Source of the DNA: Octopus sinensis
Taxonomy: Eukaryota
NCBI RefSeq assembly: GCF_006345805.1
Contig: NC_043014.1
Location: 42,594,001 to 42,658,000 of the forward strand
Reading direction: 5' to 3'
Length of the DNA stretch: 64,000 nt
Part shown: piece after piece, positions 51,706 to 63,749 of the stretch
Layout: each line of letters starts with the position of its first letter
How positions within the stretch are numbered: position 1 is the first letter of the stretch
The notes under the pieces: model-generated
Databases searched by the model: none
Seen by the model: the letters and a program-made list of their open reading frames with translations, nothing else
Told to the model about the DNA's origin: nothing
Position numbers and translations under genes: made by a program

Positions 51706-52529
51706 AACAACAGCAACAACATAAACCAACTGTAAATACAGGCAGGAGACCATTATTGTATTTATCTCTGATTCCAGAATTCTTTTTCTGGAAACCATGC
51801 GACCTAGAGAGAGAGAGAGAGAGAGAGAGAGGATAGATATTATTTTGGATGCAAAGGCATTTATTCTCTTACCTTTGGGTCCAGGTGTAAACCCCCCCCC
51901 CAAAAAAAAAACAAAAAAAAAAACATTACATCACCTAGCCCTCCCCCCTCTCTCCACCTCCTTCGCTGAAACAAAACAACTAAAAATGCAAATCAACCTT
52001 TTTTTTTTCTTTCTTTGTTCTACTTATTATTCCTCCCTGCATTGATCCCATTTCACGATCTTCTTGTATGTTCTAATGCCACTTGATAACAATATTTCAG
52101 TAAAACCAACAATCCATATTTATATATTTATTTCATTTATTTTACTTATTTTGTGGTTAACCCCCACCCCCAACCCCACCCCCTCCCAACTACATGTCAC
52201 CTCTTCCTTTTCCTCCTCACATTTACTATCTCTTTATATACATCATCTCTCTCTCTCTCTCCTTCATCCACCCATCCTCCCTCTCTGCCCTTTCCACACT
52301 TATTGATTTTTATCTTCTCTTACACTCTTCACTTTATTCAATTTCTCTTTCTTTCTTTCTTTCTTTCTTTCTCCTCGATCCTTGTCCCCCCCACCCCACC
52401 CATCCACCCACCCCTTGTTTTTGCTTGCTTTTGTGCTTTATTTCAACTTTTCCTTGTTAGTTTGTTTTGTTCAGGCATCATACTAACAGAACACAAGGAA
52501 AAAGGCCTTTTGTAATAAGTGTACTAGCT

Positions 52530-52740
52530 GGATGTGTATATATATATGTATGTATGTATGTATATATGTGTGTGTGTATGTATATATGTGTATATATATG
52601 CAAATATGTATGTATGTATGTTTATATATGTATGCATGTATGTATAAATATATGTATGTATATATGTGTATATATGTATGTATATATACATGTATGTGTA
52701 TATATGTATGTATATATACATGTATGTGTATATATGTATG

Positions 52741-52771
<31 letters not shown>

Positions 52772-53250
52772 ATGTATGGATATGTATGTATGTGTATATG
52801 TATGAATATATGTATATGTATGGATACATATGTATGTGTATATGTATGAATATATGTATATGTATGGATATGTATGTATGAATATATGTATATGTATGGA
52901 TATGTATGTATGAATATATGTATATGTATTGATATGTATGTATGTGTATATGTATGTATTTATATATATATGTGTGTGTATATATGTATATACATCTGTG
53001 TATATGTATATGTGTATATGATTTATATATATATATATATATGTATGTATGCGTATATGATATATATATGTATGTGTGTGTGTGTATGTATATTTGTGTA
53101 TATTTATGTGTATATATATGTATATATATGTGTATATATATGTATACATATGTATATGTGTGTACATATATATAAGTGTATATGTATTTATACATATGTA
53201 TATGTGTACATGTATGTATGTATGTGTATATATGTTTTATGTAATGTATA
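52530..53250. repeat. (TA)/(TATG) compound microsatellite
   Basis: Direct inspection. Confidence 0.95.
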
Positions 53251-53548
53251 CCTGCAAATTAAAAAAAAAAAAAAAGATTGAATACTGTAGGAAGGATAGT
53301 ATTTCTTTTGTCTGTTTTTACTTGTGTGGTGTGTGTGTGTGTGTGTGTGTGTTAGAGAGAGAGAGGATAAGAATGTATCTGACTGCATGTGCAGTGTTCA
53401 GTGAGGTGTGGGTGAAGAACGATGGATCCACAAGAACTATGGAGTTTTTTGGGTTTTTTTTTTTGTTTTTTGGCGGGTTTTTTTTTTTGTGTGTGTTTTG
53501 ATGTTTACTACTCACTTGAAAGCCAGCTGGAAATGACAGCAAGAGAAG

Positions 53549-53579
<31 letters not shown>

Positions 53580-53676
53580 GAGAAAAGTTTATTAATAACC
53601 TCCTTACATGGCGAAAAAGAACGGAGAGCAAACCTAGATGGAGACAGAGGGAGCGAATGAAGCGGGGGGGGGAGCC

Positions 53677-53707
<31 letters not shown>

Positions 53708-53799
53708 AAGACAGAGATGGGGCGGGGGCGGAAGGAGTGTGAATTACCGAGTTCAAGAGCAACAAACGCTTATTTGTCCACCAAGTCATTTTCATTGGT

Positions 53800-53848
<49 letters not shown>

Positions 53849-54227
53849 GCATGTGCATATATATGTATGTATCCTTCCATATGATTGGTTCTTCCATCCG
53901 ACTGGTGCTTTGATTAAAAGCTTTTGAGTCGCGTATGAAATTAACTTTAAAGGTATGAATGAGCATGAGTCTGTCTTGAGTTTGTGTTTTCACTCCATTT
54001 AGCCTAAATTACACACGGGGAAGCCTTTCATCTCACTTTGGCTTTTCTCTCATTTTCTTTCTCTTTTTTTCTTTTCTTTTTTGTTTTTTGTTTTTCTCTC
54101 CCCCCCCCTCCCCCCCTCCCCCCACACACACTCATTTAAAACTGAAACTGTTAAATTCAAAAACAACTCTCAGCTACACCGACCATCACCACCTCTTCCC
54201 TGCCAATTATATCTACCATGTTCTGTC

Positions 54228-54963
54228 CCTCTCTCTCTCTGTCTCTGTCTCTGTCTATCTGTCTGTCTCTCTCTCTATCGCTCTGTCTCTGTCTATCTGT
54301 CTCTCTCTCTATCGCTCTGTCTCTGTCTATCTGTCTCTCTCTCTCTCTATCGCTGTGTCTCTGTCTATCTGTCTCTCTCTCTATCGCTCTGTCTCTGTCT
54401 ATCTGTCTGTCTCTCTCTCTATCGCTCTGTCTCTGTCTATCTGTCTCTCTCTCTATCGCTCTGTCTCTGTCTATCTGTCTCTCTCTCTCTCTATCGCTCT
54501 GTCTCTGTCTATCTGTCTCTCTCTCTATCGCTCTGTCTCTGTCTATCTGTCTGTCTCTCTCTCTATCGCTCTGTCTCTGTCTATCTGTCTCTCTCTCTAT
54601 CGCTCTGTCTCTGTCTATCTGTCTCTCTCTCTATCGCTCTGTCTCTGTCTATCTGTCTCTCTCTCTCTGTCTCTGTCTCTGTCTATCTGTCTGTCTCTCT
54701 CTCTATCGCTCTGTCTCTGTCTATCTGTCTCTCTCTCTATCGCTCTGTCTCTGTCTATCTGTCTCTCTCTCTATCGCTCTGTCTCTGTCTATCTGTCTCT
54801 CTCTCTATCGCTCTGTCTCTGTCTATCTGTCTGTCTCTCTCTCTATCGCTCTGTCTCTGTCTATCTGTCTGTCTCTCTCTCTATCGCTCTGTCTCTGTCT
54901 ATCTGTCTCTCTCTCTATCGCTCTGTCTCTGTCTATCTGTCTCTCTCTCTCTCGCTCTGTCTC
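54228..54963. repeat. Pyrimidine-rich minisatellite, about 20 units of ~34-40 bp
   Basis: Unit ctctatcgctctgtctctgtctatctgtct(ct)n. Confidence 0.95.
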
Positions 54964-55158
54964 TTCAGGAGATATATTATTATCAGTCAGTCATCCTAAG
55001 GAACATTAATTATATCAAACCAATGCTTTTTATTTTGCAAGTTTCTCTACCTTATGCTTCTTGAGTTTCTTATCAAGAAATATCGTGTTTACTTTATTAT
55101 CGCTGTGTCAGTCTGGTCCGTTATTAATGGTGTCAAGTGGTTTTAATATATACACATG

Positions 55159-55210
<52 letters not shown>

Positions 55211-55244
55211 AAGCAAGCTTGCAACATTTTTTATACTCTTTTAC

Positions 55245-55645
55245 ACTCTTACTTGTTTCAGTCATTTGACTGCAGCCATGCTGGAGCACCGCCTTTAGTC
55301 GAGCAAATCGACCCCCCCCCCCCGGGACTTTTGTAAGCCCAGTACTTATTCCATCGGTCTCTTTTGCCGAACCGCTAAGTGACGGGGACGTAAACACACC
55401 AGCATCGGTTGTCAAGTAATGCTAGCGGGACAAACACATACACACGCATACGTATATATATATATATATATATATATACGACAGGCTTCTTTCAGTTTCC
55501 GTCTACCAAATCCACTCACAAGGCATTGGTCGCCCGGGGCTATAGCAGAAGACACTTGCCCAAGGTGCCACACAGTGGGACTGAACCCGGAACCATGTGG
55601 CTGGTTAGCAAGCTAGTTACCACACACCCCCCACTCCTGCGCCTG
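55245..55645 (-). mobile_element. SINE A with long target-site duplication
   Basis: tacaaagcaagcttgcaacatt at 55207-55228 and 55721-55742. Confidence 0.9.
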
Positions 55646-55959
55646 TATATATATATATAATATATATATATATATTATATATATATATAGATATATATCT
55701 ATATATATATATAATATATATACAAAGCAAGCTTGCAACATTGTTTATTATCTTCTCTGTGTATGTGGTGTGTTTCTGTGAGGCCTTGTGTTAGGGTGTC
55801 AGACTCATGAATGAGGTTATAGGTTTGGCTCGTGGAGTGGGTAGCACATTGGGTCTGTGAGCGGTGCACCTCATTTTACGGTCCTTCGGTTCACTCGGCT
55901 GAAAACGAGCAGAAGCATTAACCCTGCGACGGATTGGCCTGTCGTGTATATATATATAC

Positions 55960-56125
55960 ATATGACAGGCTTCTTTCAGTTTCCGTCTACCAAATACACT
56001 CACAAGGCTTTGCTCGGCCCAAGGCTATAGTAGAAGACACTTGCCCAAGGTGCCACACAGTGGGAATGAACCCGGAGCCATGTGGCTGGTAAGCAGGCTA
56101 CTTACCACACACCCACTCCTGCGCC
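55960..56125 (-). mobile_element. SINE A 5' half
   Basis: gacaggcttctttcag...cacacccactcctgcgcct. Confidence 0.8.
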
Positions 56126-56481
56126 TGGTGTCAATCTGTTTGACTGAAACCCTTCATGGGTCAGCATATTTTAAGCAACAAGTGTATGTATGGAATTCTA
56201 CTGTGTTTGCTATATTTCACTGTAGTTGTATGTAACACTTGAGGTGTGCAAGGTGGAGAGAAAAGAGAGAGTGTGTGTGTATGTGTGTGTGTGTGTGTGT
56301 GTGATTGTGTGTGTGTATGTTGTTGTGTGTGTGTGTGATTGTGTGTGTGTGTGTGTATGTGTGTGTGATTGTGTATGATGGGGGTAAGGAGAGGGTGTTG
56401 GGTCCCAATAGTTTCATACTTCAAAGTCGAGCGAACCGGCAAATGAAACTTGGGTAATTAATTGCATTTAAGTTAATTAGT

Positions 56482-56494
56482 GGTCAAGCTGACC
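56482..56494. promoter_or_regulatory. ERE-type IR3 core next to TAATTA motifs
   Basis: GGTCA agc TGACC; TAATTA at 56455 and 56474; unique sequence; function not shown. Confidence 0.35.
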
Positions 56495-56537
56495 AGAAAG
56501 CCTAATAATGGTGACGGTGACGTAATATAAACCTAGC

Positions 56538-56574
<37 letters not shown>

Positions 56575-56804
56575 TGACTATGTGAGGAGAGAGAGAGAGA
56601 GAGAGACAGCTGAGGATCAACTAACAAGTACTCTGTACACAGAGTTGGCATTTCGGTGGAGGGTGGGAGGGCATGTGTGGAGTGGAGATGGAGGGAGGCG
56701 TGGACTGACTGCGAAGCAATGTGTGTAACACACTGACAAAACTCAGATTAATATGGATCACTTCAGTGCTTTATTTAGATGCTATTAATAGGGCGTAGGT
56801 CTTC

Positions 56805-57875
56805 ATAATAATAATAATAATAGTAATAATAATGATGATGATGATTGATAATAATAATAAGTGATAATAATAATAATGTGATGATAATAACAATAATAAG
56901 TGATCGTAATATAATAATAATAGTAATGATAATAAAATAATAATAGTAATAATAAGGATGATGATGATGATAATAATAATAAGTGATAATAATAATAATA
57001 GTGATGATAATAATAATAATAAGTGATCATAATAATAATAGTAATGATAATAATAATAATAATAGTAATAATAATGATGATGATGATGATAATAATAATA
57101 AGTGATAATAATAATAATAGTGATGATAATAATAATAATAAGTGATCATAATAATAATAGTAATGATAATAATAATAATAGTAATAATAATAATAGTATT
57201 ATAATAATAATAATAATAATAGTAATAATAATGATGATGATGCTAATAATAATAATAAGTGATGATAATAATAATAATAATAGTAATAATAATGATGATG
57301 ATGATGATAATATAATAAGTGATGATAATAATAATAGTGATGATAATATATAAAATAAGTGATCATAATAATAATAGTAATGATAATAATAATAATAGTA
57401 ATAATAATGATTGATGATGATGATAATAATAATAAGTGATAATAATAATAATAGTGATGATAATAATAATAATAGTGATCATAATAATATAGTAATGATA
57501 ATAATAATAAGTAATATAATAATAGTAATAATAATAATAATATAATAGTAATAATAATGATGATGATGCTAATAATAATAATAAGTGATGATAATAATAA
57601 TAATAATAGTAATATATGATGATGATGATGATAATAATAATAAGTGATGATAATAATAATAAGTGATAATAATAATAATAGTGATGATAATAATAATAAT
57701 AGTAATGATAATAATAATAATAGTAATAATAATAATAGTAATAATAATAATAATAATAATAGTAATAATAATGATGATGATGCTAATAATAATAATAAGT
57801 GATGATAATAATAATAATAATAGTAATAATAATAATAATAGTAATAACAGTAGTAGTAGTAATAATAATAATACT
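56805..57875. repeat. (AAT)/(GAT)/(AGT) compound trinucleotide satellite with higher-order blocks
   Basis: Recurrent marker gatgctaataataataataagtgatg at about 57238, 57564 and 57779. Confidence 0.95.
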
Positions 57876-57884
57876 AGTATAGCA

Positions 57885-58255
57885 AGGTGGCTATGTGTTT
57901 GAGAAGTTTGTTTCTCGACAGCATGGTTTCACGTTCAGTCCCACTGCATGGCACCTTGGGCAAATGTCTCCTACTATAGGCCTGGGCTTACTGAAGCCTT
58001 GTGATTGGGTTTTGTTGACAGAAACTAAAAGAAGCCTATCGTGTGTGTGTGTGTGTGTGACCACCACTTGACATCTGGTGTTGGTTTTATTTATGTCCCT
58101 GTAACGTAGCAGTTCAGCAAAAGAAACTGATTGTATAAGTAACAAGCTAAAATGAAAAAATTTTAAAAAAAGTACTAGAGTCAGTTTGTTTGGTTAAAAC
58201 TCTTCAATGCAGTGCTCCAGCATGGCCACAGTCCAGTGACTGAAACACATAAAAA
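57885..58255 (+). mobile_element. SINE A copy, diverged
   Basis: Head through tail cagtccagtgactgaaac. Confidence 0.75.
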
Positions 58256-58538
58256 TCGGGCCCAGTACTTATATTTTAAGTCTAGGACTTATTTTATTGA
58301 CATCTTGTGCTGCACCACTGAGTTATGGGGACACAAACAAACCAACACCAGTTAAGCAAGGTAGGGAATGATAAACACACACACATACATACATACATAC
58401 ATATATATACACATACATACTTGGAAATGGATGTGTCACGTTCAATTAAGTAATAAATAGTAAATAATATATAATTATATATATATATGATATATAATTA
58501 TATATATATACATACATACACACATGCATATATGTGCA

Positions 58539-58731
58539 CAGGACATCACCAACAGTGCAAATAACAGGAAATATGTAAACAATGAAAAAAAAATAGACAG
58601 ACAGCCAACAATTGATGAAGGGTCCTTTCTCTATGTTTACTTGTCCTGTTTTCCGGTTTTTTTTCTCGTTGTTTACATATTTAACTCTTGTTTACATATT
58701 TCATGTTATTTGCACCGCTGGTGACATCCTG
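58539..58731. repeat. Fold-back element with 44-bp imperfect arms
   Basis: caggacatcaccaacagtgcaaataacaggaaatatgtaaacaa vs rc caggatgtcaccagcggtgcaaataacatgaaatatgtaaacaa. Confidence 0.85.
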
Positions 58732-58755
58732 TATTAATATATTCATGTGTATGCG

Positions 58756-58820
<65 letters not shown>

Positions 58821-58908
58821 ATAAATTAGATAGAGAAAAACAATTGACAATCTAATGATTTATTACATTATTAGATATTATCAATTTTAAAAAAATAAAG
58901 CCATATAT

Positions 58909-58943
<35 letters not shown>

Positions 58944-58947
<4 letters not shown>

Positions 58948-59108
58948 CGTATATTTGCCATTTAAATATGGTTAACCCCTAAGGGTGGATGCTACGGTAG
59001 CTTGTAGCCCCAGGAGGACACCAGGACACTACAAACTACACAAACTACAAACTACAGTAGCATCCACCCTTAGGGGTTAGCCATATTTAAATGGCAAATA
59101 TACGTCAC
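58944..59108. mobile_element. MITE-like fold-back element, arms of 57 bp or more, beside (TA)n
   Basis: gtgacgtatatttgccatttaaatatggttaacccctaagggtggatgctacggtag pairs with 59052-59108 with 2 mismatches. Confidence 0.8.
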
Positions 59109-59155
59109 GATGTGTTGCAGCTACTGTTTATAACTCGCTCTGAGATTTTTTATTG

Positions 59156-59186
<31 letters not shown>

Positions 59187-59914
59187 CATGCAGGCTTCTA
59201 CATAGTTTCCATTTGCCAAATATTCACTTATAAGGTATTGGTTGGCCTGAGACTATAGTAAAAAGAAACTTGCCTGAGGTACCACGCAGTAGGACTGAAC
59301 CTGATACTATGTAGTTGGAAAGCAGATTTCATAACTACACACCCATCTCTGCACTTATATCTGGGTGTGGATGGGAAGCAAAAACGAGATGGCCTCATCA
59401 GGAATGCATTCATTAACATGTCTGCTCATTCAGGTCTGGCCTGGGGCTAAACCGAGTGACAATTACTTCATTTCATTTTCCATCGCATTCTCAATGGAGC
59501 TGTTTGTCGAGGAAATCTGAGAAGTACGATTCTGTTTTGTAACAAACTGAACTGAACAGAAATCTAAATTCTGCAATTACTAGTTACGTTGTACTACTTT
59601 ATACCAGACATGAGAGGATATTTTTTCCACCCCCCCCCCCTTTTTTTTTTTTCATTAGCTGTAAGTGGAGTTCTTATTAAATGTGAATTATATAGTATTA
59701 GGGAAATTAATAGCTAACGAGAAAAAAAATACATATAAATAGTCTCAATATCAACTCCTGAACCTGTTTTAAGAAATTAGTTTTAAGTCTGGTACATTTG
59801 GTTGCAAAAATTGCTGGATGTAGTCTTGTTTATAAAAGTCGTCTACTGGCATCATTGCAAGAGCTGCAGCTTACAAGAATTCATTGCTAATCATCAGCTT
59901 CAAATAAGCACAGT

Positions 59915-60365
59915 GTGGAGGCACATGGCCTAGTGGTTAGAGCAGCAGACTAGTGGTCGAGGGATTGCGGGTTCGAATCTGAGACCGGATGGCGTGTGTG
60001 TTTATGAGCGAAACACCTAAGCCCCACACGGCTCCAGCGGAAGGTAATGGCGAAACTTCTGCTGGCTCTTTCGCCACAACTTTCTCTCACTCTTTCTTCC
60101 TGCATCTTGCAGCTCAGGGATTGCGGGTTCGAATCTCAGACCGGTCGATTTGTGTGTTTATGAGCGAAAACACCCAAGCTCCACGCGGATCCGGCAGAAG
60201 GTAATGGCGAAACTTCTGCTGACTCTTTCGCCACAACTTTCTCTCACTCTTTCCTCCTGCATCTTGCAGCTCACCTGTGACGGACCGGGGGAGAACCTAT
60301 ACGCCAAGAAACCGGGAAACCGGCCCTTATGAGCCAGGCATGGCTCGAGAAGGAACAAACAAAAA
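59915..60365 (+). mobile_element. SINE D with 156-bp internal tandem duplication
   Basis: agggattgcgggttcgaatc at 59960 and 60116; tail as at 7021. Confidence 0.85.
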
Positions 60366-60604
60366 ACAGTGGAACTTCAATCGTTCCCTTCCACTAAACA
60401 TGTGCAAATAATGTGATTGCACTCATCCTTATACCCATTCTTGTGTGCATGTATATGTGCACGTGCATGCACTCACTTTGGCATTTATCGGTTGTTGGTG
60501 TTTAGCTCCGGGCCAATCTACAGTTTCATTATTTCTTTTACATAAATATCCACGTTGCATTTTGTATCTTACAAGGGTAGAACCAGATAAAGTACCAGAG
60601 TACC

Positions 60605-61170
60605 GGACTTGACTTGACTTGACTTGACAGCATTCACCTGGGGTGGGTTGAGCTGGCTTCATTTATCCTCAGTGCTGCATCTCTCACAAACGCCGACCAG
60701 GCCTGGCGAGTTGAGGCTAACGACCGCGTGATCTCCAACACTCCTCCTTATTCCAGCGGCGAACGCCGTAGATATGTGGTCCTAGGTTGGGTTCCAGATC
60801 AGCCTTGACTGTCATCAGCCAGGTTTTTCGTTGTCCACCACATCGCTTTTACCAACCCTGAAGGGGAGCTGGGGCAATTGCTTCGTAGATGAATTCTCCT
60901 GGTTGACGACGGAGGGCATGACCCAGCCAGCGCAGACGTCTCGTTAGGATGACTTGTCGGAGGGAGGTGATTCTGCACTGGTGTCGCACCGAATTGTTCG
61001 AGACAAAGTGATGCCATCGGACATGAAGGATGCGGCATAGACAGAGGTGATCAAAGGATTCTAGTCGCTTAATATCTTCCACCCTCATTGGCCATGACTC
61101 GCTGCCGTAAAGGAGAATCGTTCGCACTAGTGTTTGGTAGATCCGTACTTTGGTGGTGCGTCAGATCTCA
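60605..61170 (-). mobile_element. RTE-clade LINE, 5'-truncated (RT thumb/C-terminus), inactivated
   Basis: TTKVRIYQTLVRTILLYGSESW...RRLRWLGHALRR...GW*KRCGGQRKTW...; in-frame stop at 60849 and a later frameshift; (CAAGT)n tail at 60605-60627; ~35-bp flanking duplication. Confidence 0.9.
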
Positions 61171-61462
61171 GATCTTGAAGGGCAGAACCAGACAAAGTAC
61201 CGGAGTACCAGGGTCAAAACAATGGATTAAAACTCCTCGAAGGCGGTGCTCCAGCATGGCCGCATTTCTATACCTTGAAACCACACACACCTATACACAC
61301 GTTTGTATATCTAAATGTGTTTGTATGCACATAGAAGGTTTACTAAACAATTAGTCTTAAAAGTGTAAATGTAAACAGTTGTATTTTTGTATTGTTTTTT
61401 TCTTTTCTTTTCTCCTGAGGTTTTTAAAGAGACAATCTATATTTAGAAGAAAGAGATAAGCC

Positions 61463-61504
<42 letters not shown>

Positions 61505-61704
61505 TATTCTTAGTTTTATATTGTTGTCACACGAAATAGTGAATCCTATAAATTATAAGAAGATTAAATGAATACAGCTTAAACCTTGAGTTCGTCTCTG
61601 AGTGTATGCCGAAGATATCCTATCAGTGTGTTTGGAGATCTAAATTTAAACATTGCGTGTGTATTTTGGAGTTTATTTTCTAAACGACATGTTTCCATCG
61701 CATT

Positions 61705-61953
61705 AATAGCGTGCCTGTGTATGTGTGTGTGTGCGTGAGTGTATGTGCGTGTGTGTGTGTGTGTGTCCGTGTGTGTGTGCATGTGTGTGTGTATGTGTGT
61801 GTCTGTATGTGTGTGTGTGCGTGTGTCTGTATGTGTGTGTGTGTCTGTATGTGTGTATGTGTGCGTGTGTGTGTGTGCATGTGTGTATGTGTGCGTGCGT
61901 GTGTGTGTGTGTGTATGTGTCTGTGTGTGTGTATGTGTGCGTGTGTGTGTGTG

Positions 61954-61992
<39 letters not shown>

Positions 61993-62170
61993 GTGCGCGT
62001 GCATTCTCTCCAGGTGTCCCATAAGTGTGGCAACATTGAAACAGTTAAAAATGTTACACGTTGCCTTACTTTCACGACACCTAATGTGTGTGTGTATGTG
62101 TGTGTGTATGTGCGTGTGTGTGTGTGCGTGTGTGTGTGCGTGTGTGTGTGCGTGTGTGTGTGTGTGTGTT
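61705..62170. repeat. (TG)n imperfect microsatellites
   Basis: Direct inspection. Confidence 0.95.
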
Positions 62171-62764
62171 GTATTGTCATCTTTTAACATCCAGTTTTTT
62201 TCATGCTTGTAATAGTTCAAATGGAATTTTGTAGCAGTATTTTTTTTTTCTTTTGCTTGCAGACAGATGCCCTTCATGATGTCATACCTCACCTGTTTCT
62301 CAAGCAAGGTAATGTTTCCTCATAGACAAGGCAGCAAGCTGGAGAGACTCGTTAGCACACCTGTCAAAACCGCTTAGCAGCATTTTGTCCATTTTTTTTA
62401 CATTGCATTCAGGTGTCCAAATTTTGTTAGGGGTCAACTTTGCCTTTCGTCCCTTCGGGGTCCATAAAATAAATACCAGTTGAGAACTGGGGCCAGTGTA
62501 ATTAACTCTTATCCCCACTCCTCAAATTGCTGGCCTTGTGCCATTTTTGAAAAATCATTATTTCTTCACAGAGAGACATGTTTGTCATTGAAGTCTGGAA
62601 ACAAACCACCTCATTAGTCTGATGATAATAGCAATGACAACGATTTACCGTCATCATGTAATGTCTAGGCAAGGGCACAAACACATACACATACATTTTA
62701 TACACATACACACACACACATATATATATATATATAACAGGCTTCCTTTCAGTTGCCATCTATA

Positions 62765-63375
62765 GACAGAGGAGTGACTGTGGTAAGAAGCTTGCTTCCC
62801 AACTGCATGGTTCCAGGTTCAGTCCCACTGTGTGGCACCTTGGGCAAGTATCTTCTACTATAGCTTCAGGCCGACCAAAGCCTTGTGAGTGGATTTGGTT
62901 GGCGGAAACTGAAAGAAGCCCGTCATATATATATATAATTATATATATGTGTGTGTGTGTCTGTGTTTGTCCCCCCCACCATCACTTGACAACGCCATTC
63001 AAGAATTTGAACCTGGAGATCTCCATTTCCAACGATTTCAAGGGCCACCTCCCAGTGGTGTCGGGCGTCAATGAAGAGCCCTCGATTACAACAAGATGAC
63101 CAAAGTTTTTTTTTTTTCCAAGGTCTGGGGTCTCCCGCCCCTAAGCCCTAGACCATCACCTAATCACCCTTACCCATCTTGTTGCTTAACAACAACAACA
63201 TCACTTAACAACCGATGCTGGTGTGTTGATGTTCTCGTAACATTAGCGGTTCAGCAAAAGAGACCAACAGAATAAGTAGTAGGTTTACAAAGAATAAGTC
63301 CTGGGAGTTGATTTGTTCGACTGAAGGTGGTGCTCCAGAATGGTCGCAGTCAAATGACTGAATCAAGTGAAAGAA
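62765..63375 (+). mobile_element. SINE A with nested 205-bp insert (62994-63198)
   Basis: catcactt(g/a)acaac duplicated at 62980-62993 and 63199-63212; the insert ends in (aac)n. Confidence 0.85.
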
Positions 63376-63749
63376 TATCAAATCCACTCACAAAGCTTTT
63401 GTTGGTCTGGGGCTATAGTAGAAGATACTTGCCCAAGGTACCATGCATGTTGTGTGTGTGTATGTGCGTGTGCACAAGCAAGACAAGCCAACAAGGGAGG
63501 CAGTTACAATAATTGCTCGAAATAGCAGCCAAGTTCCCCTTTAATTACACTCTGCCTTCTTAAGAAAGAAAGAATACAATGAATATGATGTGCCTGTTTG
63601 GTGTTATATTCAGAGATGGTGCATCTTTGATCATAGCAGGAGCTATGATCAAAGATGCTAGGTGGCCTTGGGCTAAACAGCTATCACAATGTGTGTAAAT
63701 ATGAATGGATGTGTACATTATTCCTCAATGTTTCTAAACTCGTGTGCAA

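Noticed and set aside
51469-51903. Poly-K/E ORF
   Set aside because: Reverse translation of the (TTC)n minisatellite.
54081-55064. Three long overlapping ORFs (263-327 aa, S/L/C/V-rich)
   Set aside because: Translations of the pyrimidine-rich minisatellite, which lacks stop codons in these frames.
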